From positions 102,110 through 166,109 of the forward strand of contig JAJTEQ010000001.1 of NCBI GenBank assembly GCA_021298195.1: DNA of 64,000 nucleotides, given 5' to 3'. Below, piece by piece: positions 54,044 through 63,036 of the stretch. Source of the DNA: Ilumatobacteraceae bacterium (GTDB lineage Bacteria; Actinomycetota; Acidimicrobiia; Acidimicrobiales; Ilumatobacteraceae). Positions within the stretch are counted from its first letter, which is position 1. Every line of letters begins with the position of its first letter. The position numbers and the translations under genes were made by a program. Below the pieces are notes generated by a model. It made no database searches, had not been told where the DNA came from, and saw only the letters and a program-made list of their open reading frames with translations.

Positions 54044-55471
54044 TCACAGTGCCGCGACCGGGATGCGCGTTCGGTGCGTCGGCTCGGCGAGCAGTTCGCG
54101 GAACTCGCCGCGCAGGTGATGAGGCGCCGCCCCGGTGACGAGAACACTCGCGTAACTACCGACGCGAAGGGAACCGGTGGCCGCAAAGTGCACCAGTTTG
54201 TTCTGTCTGGTTCGCCCGGAAATGACGCCGGGGTTCTTCTTCGATGGTCCCTCGATCAGAACCTCCTCGACACGACCGACGCGAGCTTCGTGCTTCAGCA
54301 GTGCGGACCGCTCCACCACCACGCGCAGACGAGCGAAGCGTTCGGCCACCACGGCGGGATCGACGAATCGGTCCACCATGGTCGCGGCCTCGGTGCCGTC
54401 GCGGGGCGAGAAGATGAACGTGTACGCGTAGTCGTACTCGGCGGCCGCGGCCACCTCGAGGGTGCCCACGAAGTCCTCCTCGGTCTCACCGGGAAAACCC
54501 ACGATGATGTCGGTACTGACGGCCAGGTCGTCCACGTGCCGACGGGCCTCGGCGAGTCGTTCCAGGTAGCGCTCGGCCGTGTATCCGCGATGCATGATCG
54601 ACAGCAGTCGATCACTTCCGGATTGCAGCGGATAGTGAAGGTGCTCGCACACCGTCGGCGTCTCGCCCATGGCGGCGAAGGTCTCGGCCCGCATGTCCTT
54701 GGGATGAGGACTGGTGAATCGAACACGTCGAATTCCCGGAACGACGCCGACGTCACGGAGAAGATCGGCGAACAGTGGACGCGCGGACACGTCGTGTCCG
54801 GCCTTGCGTCGTTCCAGTTGGATGTCGCGCCCGTAGCTGTTGACGTTCTGGCCGAGCAAGGTGACCTCGGTGACCCCCTCGGACACCAAACGCCGAACTT
54901 CCTCGAGCACATCGTCGTAGGGGCGACTGATCTCGGCGCCCCGGACGCTCGGGACGATGCAAAAGGCGCACGAATTGTCGCACCCGATCTGGATGGTGAC
55001 CCACGCGTCGTAACTCGTCGAACGCTTGGCGGGCAACGCCGACGGGAACAGGGCTTGGTCGTCGAGCACCGCCTCGTCGAGGATCTCGGTGACCGGTCCC
55101 GCGGTGACCGAATCGTTCAACAGATCGACGGTGCGATGGACATTGTGCGTGCCCAGGACCACGTCCACCCAGGGCGCGCGATCACGAACGATCTCGCGGT
55201 CCTTCTGGGCCAGGCAACCCGACACCACGATCTGACGACCCTCGCGCTCGTTCTTCCAGCGTCGCATCGTGCCCAGAGTGCCGTACAACTTGTTGTCGGC
55301 GTTCTCGCGAATGCAGCAGGTGTTGAGAACCACCACGTCGGCGTCGTCCTCGTTCTCGACCGCCCGCAAACCGTCGTTCTCCAGCAATCCGGCGATGCGC
55401 TCGGAGTCGTGTTCGTTCATCTGGCACCCGAAGGTGCGAACGATGTAGGTCCGTGTCGGGGCCTCGGCCAT
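54044..55471 (-). CDS. miaB: tRNA-2-methylthio-N6-dimethylallyladenosine synthase
   Basis: UPF0004 N-domain FGCQMNEHDSE, radical-SAM CDNSCAFC and a TRAM C-terminus. Confidence 0.9.
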   Translation of the reverse strand: MAEAPTRTYIVRTFGCQMNEHDSERIAGLLENDGLRAVENEDDADVVVLNTCCIRENADNKLYGTLGTMRRWKNEREGRQIVVSGCLAQKDREIVRDRAPWVDVVLGTHNVHRTVDLLNDSVTAGPVTEILDEAVLDDQALFPSALPAKRSTSYDAWVTIQIGCDNSCAFCIVPSVRGAEISRPYDDVLEEVRRLVSEGVTEVTLLGQNVNSYGRDIQLERRKAGHDVSARPLFADLLRDVGVVPGIRRVRFTSPHPKDMRAETFAAMGETPTVCEHLHYPLQSGSDRLLSIMHRGYTAERYLERLAEARRHVDDLAVSTDIIVGFPGETEEDFVGTLEVAAAAEYDYAYTFIFSPRDGTEAATMVDRFVDPAVVAERFARLRVVVERSALLKHEARVGRVEEVLIEGPSKKNPGVISGRTRQNKLVHFAATGSLRVGSYASVLVTGAAPHHLRGEFRELLAEPTHRTRIPVAAL

Positions 55472-55497
55472 GCCGTGAGGCTATCGGTCGGTCACGA

Positions 55498-56766
55498 TCA
55501 GGGTTCGACGAAGTCCCGCAACACGCGACCGCCGGCCATGTGGCGCAGGCGGAACAGGGTGCGCACCTCGATCTGGCGCACCCGTTCACGGGTGATGCTG
55601 AACGCCTGTCCCACCTCTTCGAGGGTGGCGCCCTCGCTGCCGTCGAGACCGAAACGCATCCGCATCACTTCCTGCTCGCGGGCCGGCAGATCGACCAGCA
55701 CGGCCCGTACCGCTTCGCGCATGTCGGCGATCTCCATGCTGTCGCTCGGATCGGCCGCGTTCGTGGCCGGCAGGTTGTCGGCGAAGGTGACGTCGCTGTC
55801 GTCACGAGTGGGTTGGTCGAGGCTCATGGTGTCGGCGGCCAGACTGAGCCAGTCCGCCACCCGATCGGCCGATTCACCCAAGGCCTCGGCGACCTCGGTG
55901 AGGCGGGGCTCGCGTTGCAACTTCTGGGCGAGATCGCGCTGCATCCGAATCGCCCGGTTCACGTTCTCCATCGCATGGGCGGGCAAGCGGATGTTGCGAC
56001 TCTCCTCGGCCACCGCGCGGGAGATGGACTGCTTGATCCACCAGGTCGCGTAGGTCGAGAACTTGAAACCTCGACTGTGGTCGTACTTCTCGACGGCTTT
56101 CATGAGCCCGATGTTGCCGCTCTGGATGGCGTCGGCGAGCGGCATGGTGGTCTTGGTGTACCGCTTGGCGATGCTGACCACGAGGCGAAGGTTCGCCTGG
56201 GTGAGATCGTGACGAGCCCGTCGACCGTGGTCGATCATTCGTTTCAAACGTCGGCGCTCGAGATTCGACGCCGATTCTCCCAACTCGGCCAGCTCCCGTT
56301 CGGCCGACAGGCCGTCGGCGATGCGTCGGCCGAGAAATCGCTCCTCTTCGGCGCCGATCAAGGGGATGCGACTGATCTCGTGCAGGTACAACCGAACGGC
56401 ATCCTGGGTGGCTTCGTCACCGGCACCGCGAGAGGTGGCCGATACGCCACGACGTCCCTTCTTGTGTTCGACGAGGGGGCGACGCAACTCGCCGGTGTCG
56501 TCGAGTTCGAACGACTGGTCGACCGCGATGCCCGCACCTTCGATGGCGGTCCTGATCGTTTCGATGATCTCGGGCAGCAATTCGACGTCGTGCAACGCAT
56601 CGACGATTTCCTCGGTCGAGAGTTCACCGCGACGACGACCGTACGCGATGAGTTCCGACCAGTCCTCGGGATCGAGACCGCGCACCTGAGGAGCGACGTC
56701 GGACGAGGGCCCACGCCGATCTCCGTCGACCACGTCAGTCTCGACTGTCACCCCCACCCCCCGCAC
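55498..56766 (-). CDS. RNA polymerase sigma-70 factor (RpoD/SigA-like, group 1 or 2)
   Basis: Regions 1.2 to 4 are present: VRLYLHEISRIPLIGAEEE, LRLVVSIAKRY, GNIGLMKAVEKYDHSRGFKFSTYATWWIKQSI, TLEEVGQAFSITRERVRQIE. Start is uncertain (GTGs at 56766, 56757, 56751, 56733) and overlaps the dnaG 3' end. Confidence 0.85.
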   Translation of the reverse strand: MRGVGVTVETDVVDGDRRGPSSDVAPQVRGLDPEDWSELIAYGRRRGELSTEEIVDALHDVELLPEIIETIRTAIEGAGIAVDQSFELDDTGELRRPLVEHKKGRRGVSATSRGAGDEATQDAVRLYLHEISRIPLIGAEEERFLGRRIADGLSAERELAELGESASNLERRRLKRMIDHGRRARHDLTQANLRLVVSIAKRYTKTTMPLADAIQSGNIGLMKAVEKYDHSRGFKFSTYATWWIKQSISRAVAEESRNIRLPAHAMENVNRAIRMQRDLAQKLQREPRLTEVAEALGESADRVADWLSLAADTMSLDQPTRDDSDVTFADNLPATNAADPSDSMEIADMREAVRAVLVDLPAREQEVMRMRFGLDGSEGATLEEVGQAFSITRERVRQIEVRTLFRLRHMAGGRVLRDFVEP

Positions 56767-58525
56767 GAGTGCCCCGCTCCGCGATCCACCCTAGCAATGC
56801 TTCCGATGCCACCGGAGCAAGACGAGAATCCTCGAGTTCCTCCAGCCGAACACGCGCCTCACGATCCGCGCGAATCGCATCGGGGTCCGTGACACCGGTT
56901 CGTCGCGACAGCACACGACGCACCGCCACCCCGATGAGATCGAAAGCGACCGACATCGGTTCCACTTCCACATCAGCGACGGCGGCTCGTTCGAGCAGTT
57001 CGCGCACTTCGGGATCGGCGAGACCCAACGCGGCATCCACCAGATTCGTCGACTCGGCCTGCGACGCCGCGGCCAGGGCGAGGAACGCGCGTCGGGAGAC
57101 GTCGGAATCGAAGAGTTCCTCGATGAGCCAGGGGGCGATGTCGTCCCACGACTGCAACAGCAAGGTGATCGCGACGAACTCGGCGTTCTCGGCCACACCC
57201 ATCTCGCGGGTGGACGCCACCCGGACCTCCGGGCGCTCGTTGCGCCTCTCGGCCAATCGCGACAGATCGGCCACCGGAAGTCCGACCCGAGTGGCGACCT
57301 CGCCGGCATAGAGCTTGCGCACGTTCACGTCGGGATGCTCGTTGATCACCCGCATCGCCTGCTCGGCGACCCGCGCTCGGTCCTCGGGACTGCGCAACGG
57401 CTTGGCCCCCACCACGCGATTGACGCGGAACCCGAGGAAGGGCATGGCCTCGTCGATGGCCGCGGCCAAGGCGGCCGGATCGCTGTTGGCCAGGTCACCG
57501 GGATCCTTCCCGTCGGGAAAACGGGCCACGGAAACCTGCACCTGGTACTTCTTCTCCCATTCGTAGAACTTCTCCGCCGCACCCTGGCCCGCGGCGTCGG
57601 CGTCGAAGGCCAGAACGACGCGGCTGGCGAAGCGTTTCAGGATGCGCACATGATCCTCGGTGAGGGCCGTGCCACAGGTGGCGACCGCCCGCGTGACACC
57701 GGAACGATGGAACCCGATGACGTCGGTGTAGCCCTCGCAGACGATCACCTGATCGGCCTTCACCACGTCGTTCTTGGCCCAGTTCATGCCGTACAACGTC
57801 TTGGACTTGAAGTAGATCTTGGTCTCCGAGGAGTTCTTGTACTTGGCCGGGTCACTCGACCCGGGAAGGACGCGACCACCGAACGCCACCGGTTCGCCGG
57901 TGTCGGTGAAGATCGGGAACATGATGCGATCACGAAACGCGTCGGTCGGACGCTGACGACTGTTGATGAAGGAGAGCCCCACGTCGACCAACACGTCATC
58001 GGGGATCTTCAGGGACTTCAGGTGCGTGCTGAGCAGGTCCCAGTCCTTGGGGGCGTAGCCCAATTTGAATCGGCGCGCGACGTCACCGGACAGGCCGCGC
58101 TGACGTAGGTAGTCGCGAGCCTCACGGGCGTCGGGCGAGGTGAGCAGTCGCTCGTGGTACCACTCGACCGCGGCCTCCATGGCCCCCACCAACTTCTTGC
58201 GACGTTGACGATCCTGGCTCTCGCCCCCGGAGGTGTACGTGAGGGTGATGCCCGCGCGACCCGCCAACTTCTCGACGGCGGTGACGAAATCCACGTGTTC
58301 GATCTCCTGGACGAACTTGAAGACGTCACCACCGGCCTGACAGCCGAAGCACTTGTAACGAGCGGTCTCCTCGCGCACGTTGAACGAGCCGCTCTTCTCG
58401 GCGTGGAACGGGCACAGGCCGACCCAATTGCGACCCGTCTTGCGGAGCGCGACGTACTGCTGGACGACGTCGACGATCGATACCGTCGCCCTCACGCGTT
58501 CGATGTCCTCCTCGGCGATCGCCAT
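56735..58525 (-). CDS. dnaG: DNA primase
   Basis: Zinc ribbon GLCPFHAEKSGSFNV...YKCFGCQAGGDVFKF, TOPRIM VCEGYTDV ... AFDADAAG. ATG 58525. Confidence 0.9.
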   Translation of the reverse strand: MAIAEEDIERVRATVSIVDVVQQYVALRKTGRNWVGLCPFHAEKSGSFNVREETARYKCFGCQAGGDVFKFVQEIEHVDFVTAVEKLAGRAGITLTYTSGGESQDRQRRKKLVGAMEAAVEWYHERLLTSPDAREARDYLRQRGLSGDVARRFKLGYAPKDWDLLSTHLKSLKIPDDVLVDVGLSFINSRQRPTDAFRDRIMFPIFTDTGEPVAFGGRVLPGSSDPAKYKNSSETKIYFKSKTLYGMNWAKNDVVKADQVIVCEGYTDVIGFHRSGVTRAVATCGTALTEDHVRILKRFASRVVLAFDADAAGQGAAEKFYEWEKKYQVQVSVARFPDGKDPGDLANSDPAALAAAIDEAMPFLGFRVNRVVGAKPLRSPEDRARVAEQAMRVINEHPDVNVRKLYAGEVATRVGLPVADLSRLAERRNERPEVRVASTREMGVAENAEFVAITLLLQSWDDIAPWLIEELFDSDVSRRAFLALAAASQAESTNLVDAALGLADPEVRELLERAAVADVEVEPMSVAFDLIGVAVRRVLSRRTGVTDPDAIRADREARVRLEELEDSRLAPVASEALLGWIAERGTRAGGGGDSRD

Positions 58526-58536
58526 CGCGAACGAGA

Positions 58537-59535
58537 CTAATGCCGGGACGGGTCGTGGTTGTCCGACGACGAACGATCGGCCTTCAGCGAGAAGCCGATG
58601 GCCGCCGCCAACACGATCACGATCACCATCAAGCTGAGCCAGGTGGGGATGTGGTACCACTCGGCGATCAACATCTTCACCCCCACGAAGGCCAGGATGA
58701 TCGCCAGACCCTCCTTGAGGAAACTGAACCGGGCGTGCGCATCGGCGAGCAGGAAGTAGAGGGCCCGCAAGCCCAGGATCGCGAAGGCGTTCGACGAGAA
58801 GACGATGAACTGCTCACGACTGACCGCCAACACGGCGGGCACCGAATCCACCGCGAAGAGCACGTCGGTGAATTCGATGAGGATCAACACCGCGAAGAGT
58901 GGCGTGGCCACCCGAACCCCGTTGCGCCGGGTGAACAACTTCTGTCCGTCGAAGTCCGGGCTGCTCGGAACGACCCGATTGATGAGACGCATGAAGCGTC
59001 CCGACGCCGGGTCGAGTTCCTCCTCGGCCTCCACCACCAACTTGACCGCGGTGTAGAGCAGGAAAGCGCCGAAAATGTAGAGCACCCAATCGAATTTCTC
59101 GATCAGAGCCACCCCGGCGAAGATGAAGACGGCGCGCAACGCCAGGGCACCGAAGATGCCCCAGAACAACACCCGGTGCTGATACTTCGTCGGAATCTTG
59201 AAGTAACTGAGGATCAACGCCCACACGAAGACGTTGTCGATGCTCAGGCTCTTCTCGATGAGGTAGCCACTGACGTACTCGCCGGCCGCCGCACCACCGA
59301 ACGCCAGCGCCACCACGCCGGTGAAGGCCAAACCGAGGCTGATCCAGACGGTGCTCTCGATGGCGGCTTCGCGGACGTGGACGTCATGGGCCTTGCGGTG
59401 CACCACCAAGATGTCGAAGGCCAACAAGGCGCAGATGAACGCGATCAAGGTGACCCATGCCCAGCCGGGCACGGACACGTCGACGAAGTTCAGCTCGGAG
59501 TTGGCTTCGGACGCGGGAAAAGGGATCGTCATCAA
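58537..59535 (-). CDS. TerC-family integral membrane protein
   Basis: YLIEKSLSIDNVFVW and FAVDSVPAVLAVS (paired TerC motifs). About 9 TM. Confidence 0.85.
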   Translation of the reverse strand: MMTIPFPASEANSELNFVDVSVPGWAWVTLIAFICALLAFDILVVHRKAHDVHVREAAIESTVWISLGLAFTGVVALAFGGAAAGEYVSGYLIEKSLSIDNVFVWALILSYFKIPTKYQHRVLFWGIFGALALRAVFIFAGVALIEKFDWVLYIFGAFLLYTAVKLVVEAEEELDPASGRFMRLINRVVPSSPDFDGQKLFTRRNGVRVATPLFAVLILIEFTDVLFAVDSVPAVLAVSREQFIVFSSNAFAILGLRALYFLLADAHARFSFLKEGLAIILAFVGVKMLIAEWYHIPTWLSLMVIVIVLAAAIGFSLKADRSSSDNHDPSRH

Positions 59536-60266
59536 TCGCGGCCGAACAGGCCACCCAGGGCCCCGCCGCCGCCGCCGGCGCCCGAGTTACCGGTGCCGAG
59601 CATGCCCTGAATCCAACCGACCAGTTCGTTGGGGTTGCGCGTCTGGGTCCAGACCTTGCCCGGTCCGCTGAACTCGAAGACCAGACCTTCACCACTCTTG
59701 AACGACTGGATGAGCCCACCGCCACTGGCCTTGCGGATGGCCATTCCCACCGAACCTTCGTAGGCGACCATGTGTCCGGTGTCGACGGTGAGGGTCTGAC
59801 CCGCGGCCAGATCCCAGGTTTCGAGCGCTCCGTAACATCCGAACACCACGAGTCCTTGTCCTTCGGCGCGAATGATGAATCCGCCTTCGCTGCCGAACAT
59901 GTTCTTGAAGCCACCCCATTGAGTCTCGATGGCCACGTTCGCGTCGTTGGCGAGCCACGACCCCTTCTGGATGAACAACGGGGTCGCCGGAGTGACATCG
60001 AATGCGATGACGTCTCCGGGAAGTCGCGGGGCGACGTCGACGAAGCCACCTTGGGCCGGCGCCGTGTAGGTGCTCACGAAGAAGCTCTCACCGCCGAGCG
60101 CCGCGCGCTTCAGGCTCTTGAGCACACCGCCCTCGGCCTTGGACGACAATTCGACGCCCGTCGACATCGTCATCATCGCGCCGCTCTCCACGCGCACGGG
60201 CTCGTTGGCCGCCAGCGTGATGCGGGCCACTCCGAACGACGGTCCCTGACGAGTCTGCACTTGCAT
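59532..60266 (-). CDS. TIGR00266/AIM24 (DUF124) family protein
   Basis: 244 aa from ATG 60266 with a GGAGGAGGA SD. Text: LAANEPVRVESGAMM...GESFFVSTYTA...TVDTGHMVAYE...GEGLVFEFSGPG, and a Gly-rich tail. Confidence 0.7.
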   Translation of the reverse strand: MQVQTRQGPSFGVARITLAANEPVRVESGAMMTMSTGVELSSKAEGGVLKSLKRAALGGESFFVSTYTAPAQGGFVDVAPRLPGDVIAFDVTPATPLFIQKGSWLANDANVAIETQWGGFKNMFGSEGGFIIRAEGQGLVVFGCYGALETWDLAAGQTLTVDTGHMVAYEGSVGMAIRKASGGGLIQSFKSGEGLVFEFSGPGKVWTQTRNPNELVGWIQGMLGTGNSGAGGGGGALGGLFGRD

Positions 60267-60297
60267 GGCTGTCCTCCTCCCGGAGGAGATCCTCCGA

Positions 60298-62967
60298 CTA
60301 CTTCGTTTCGCTCTTCTTCTTACCACCTGAAGCGGCGATGACCGCCTGTGCCGCGGCCAATCGGGCGATCGGAACGCGGAACGGCGAGCAACTGACGTAG
60401 TCGAGGCCCACCCGGTAGAAGAGGTCGATCGACTCGGGGTCTCCCCCGTGCTCACCGCACACGCCCAGTTTGATGCCGGGCTTGGCCGCTCGTCCACGCT
60501 CTGACGCGATCTTGACCAATTCCCCGACTCCCGTCTGGTCGATCGTCTCGAACGGATTGCGCTTCAGCAGGCCGTTCTCCAGGTAGGCCGGCATCATGCG
60601 GCTCTCCACGTCGTCGCGGCTGAAGCCGAAGGTCATCTGGGTGAGGTCGTTGGTGCCGAAACTGAAGAAGTCGGCCTCCTCGCTCAGCTCGTCGGCGCGC
60701 AATGCGGCACGCGGGGTCTCGATCATGGTGCCGATCGACACCTTGGGCTTCTTTGCGCCCTTCTTCGACGAGTCGGCGATTCCCTTGACGACCCAGGATC
60801 GGGCCAACGCCAGCTCCTCGCGGGTGACCGTCAGCGGGATCATCACCTCGACGATCGGCTTGCCACCCTTGGCCGCGCACTCGGCGGCGGCCTCCATGAG
60901 CGCCTGCACCTGCATGGCGTACAAACCGGGCTTCACGACACCCAGACGCACTCCGCGCGTTCCGAGCATCGGGTTGAACTCGGCCCACTCTTCGGCGGCC
61001 TTGAGCAACTTGGTCTCCTCGGGCGACAGACCCACGGTGGCCTTCTTGATCTCGAGTTCGTCCACGCGAGGCAGGAACTCGTGCAACGGCGGGTCGAGCA
61101 GGCGAACCGTCACCGGTAAACCGTCCATCGCGGTCAGAATGTCGATGAAGTCCTTCTTCTGGACGACACGTAGTTCCTCGAGTGCCGCGGTCTCCTCCTG
61201 CGGTGTCTGAGCGAGAATCATCCGTCGCACGACCGGCAGTCGATCCGGGGCCAGGAACATGTGCTCGGTACGGCACAAACCGATTCCCTCGGCACCCAAC
61301 TTGCGGGCGTTGGTCGCGTCCTCGCCGGTGTCGGCGTTCGCGCGCACGGCCAACTTGCCCTTGCGCACTTCGTCGCACCACTTCAAGATGGTCTCGAACT
61401 CCTTGGGGGGCTTGGACGCCGACAATGCCACTTCGCCCAACACGACCTCACCGGTGGCGCCGTCCAGCGAGATGATGTCGCCCTCTTTCACCACCACGGT
61501 GCCCGCGGTGAACTGCTTGCCCTCGATCCGGATCGATTCGGCGCCCACCACGGCGGGGGTGCCCCAGCCGCGCGCCACCACGGCCGCGTGGCTGACCAGA
61601 CCGCCACGAGCGGTGAGAATGCCCTGCGACACCATCATTCCGTGAACGTCCTCGGGACTGGTCTCGCTGCGAACCAGGATGACCTTCTCGCCACGATCGG
61701 CGGCATCGGCGGCATCGTCGGCCGTGAAATAGACCTTGCCCACCGCGGCACCCGGCGACGCGGCCAGACCCTTGGCGATCACCTGCTTGTTGCCGGCTTC
61801 GAACTGTGGGTGCAGCACCTGGTCGAGGTGCTCGGCGGCCACGCGGGTGATGGCTTCTTCCTTGCCGATCTTCCAGACCTTCTTCGGCCCCTTGGTTCCC
61901 TTGGTCATGTCGACGGCCATGCGAAGCGCCGCGGCGCCGGTGCGCTTGCCCACGCGGGTCTGCAGCATCCACAACTTGCCCTGCTCGATCGTGAACTCGG
62001 TGTCGCACATGTCGGTGTAGTGCGCCTCGAGGCGGGCGAAAATGGCCAACAACTCCTTGTGAATGGCCGGGAACTTCGCCTTCAACGCGTCGAGGTCCTC
62101 GGTGTTCCGGATACCGGCCACCACGTCCTCGCCCTGAGCGTTGACGAGGAAGTCACCGTACGGAACGTTCTCACCCGTGGCCGCGTTGCGGGTGAAGCCC
62201 ACGCCGGTGCCCGAGTTGTCGTCGCGATTGCCGAACACCATGGCCTGCACGTTCACGGCGGTGCCCAGATCGTGCGAGATCTTCTCGCGAACGCGGTACG
62301 CGATGGCCCGCGCGCCGTTCCAGCTCTTGAACACGGCCTCGACGGCCCCGCGCAACTGCTTGTCGGGGGCTTGCGGGAACGCCTTGCCGGTTTCGGTCTT
62401 CACGACCGCGAGATACTTCGTGCACAGGCTCTTCAACGTCTCCGCGGTCAGCTCCGCGTCGGTTTTCACACCGGCCGCGCTCTTGGCATCCTCGAGGGGG
62501 TGCTCGAAGTGCGATCCGTCGACACCGAGCACGATGCGTCCGTACATCGCGATGAATCGGCGATAGGAGTCGTAGGCGAAGCGCTCGTCACCCGTGACCT
62601 TGGCGAGACCCTTCACGCTCTGATCGTTGAGACCGAGGTTGAGGACCGTGTCCATCATGCCCGGCATGGAGAACTTCGCGCCCGAACGCACGCTGACGAG
62701 CAACGGATCCTTCGGATCACCCAACTTGCGCTTCATCGCCTTCTCGAGTTTGGCGACCTGATTCGCGATCTCGGCGTCGAGGCTCTTCGGCCAACCCGAG
62801 ACCATGTAATCACGACAGGCGTCGGTGGAGATGGTGAACCCCGGAGGAACCGGCAACTTGAGCACGCTCGTCATCTCGGCGAGGTTGGCTCCCTTGCCGC
62901 CGAGCAGATCCTTCATCTGCATCGGAGGACGACGGTGTTTGTGATCGAAAGAGTAGACGTACGGCAC
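60298..62967 (-). CDS. ppdK: pyruvate, phosphate dikinase
   Basis: LLGGKGANLAEM, phosphohistidine region GGLVSHAAVVARGWG, PEP-utilising C-domain GLCRTEHMF, GTNDLTQ. GTG 62967 gives 889 aa. ORF 60298..63675 is overcalled upstream. Confidence 0.9.
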   Translation of the reverse strand: MPYVYSFDHKHRRPPMQMKDLLGGKGANLAEMTSVLKLPVPPGFTISTDACRDYMVSGWPKSLDAEIANQVAKLEKAMKRKLGDPKDPLLVSVRSGAKFSMPGMMDTVLNLGLNDQSVKGLAKVTGDERFAYDSYRRFIAMYGRIVLGVDGSHFEHPLEDAKSAAGVKTDAELTAETLKSLCTKYLAVVKTETGKAFPQAPDKQLRGAVEAVFKSWNGARAIAYRVREKISHDLGTAVNVQAMVFGNRDDNSGTGVGFTRNAATGENVPYGDFLVNAQGEDVVAGIRNTEDLDALKAKFPAIHKELLAIFARLEAHYTDMCDTEFTIEQGKLWMLQTRVGKRTGAAALRMAVDMTKGTKGPKKVWKIGKEEAITRVAAEHLDQVLHPQFEAGNKQVIAKGLAASPGAAVGKVYFTADDAADAADRGEKVILVRSETSPEDVHGMMVSQGILTARGGLVSHAAVVARGWGTPAVVGAESIRIEGKQFTAGTVVVKEGDIISLDGATGEVVLGEVALSASKPPKEFETILKWCDEVRKGKLAVRANADTGEDATNARKLGAEGIGLCRTEHMFLAPDRLPVVRRMILAQTPQEETAALEELRVVQKKDFIDILTAMDGLPVTVRLLDPPLHEFLPRVDELEIKKATVGLSPEETKLLKAAEEWAEFNPMLGTRGVRLGVVKPGLYAMQVQALMEAAAECAAKGGKPIVEVMIPLTVTREELALARSWVVKGIADSSKKGAKKPKVSIGTMIETPRAALRADELSEEADFFSFGTNDLTQMTFGFSRDDVESRMMPAYLENGLLKRNPFETIDQTGVGELVKIASERGRAAKPGIKLGVCGEHGGDPESIDLFYRVGLDYVSCSPFRVPIARLAAAQAVIAASGGKKKSETK

Positions 62968-63036
62968 GAACGGGAAGTCTACGAGGTGGTGTCGGCGCCC
63001 CTCCACCGGTGACCCCACGTCCCCTAGCATCGACTC

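Noticed and set aside
53870-56053. 727-aa plus-strand ORF
   Set aside because: Antisense to miaA, miaB and the sigma factor gene.
59536-59700. yybP-ykoY Mn riboswitch upstream of the TerC gene
   Set aside because: The TerC start overlaps the stop of the preceding AIM24-like gene (59532..59535), so there is no leader in which a riboswitch could sit.
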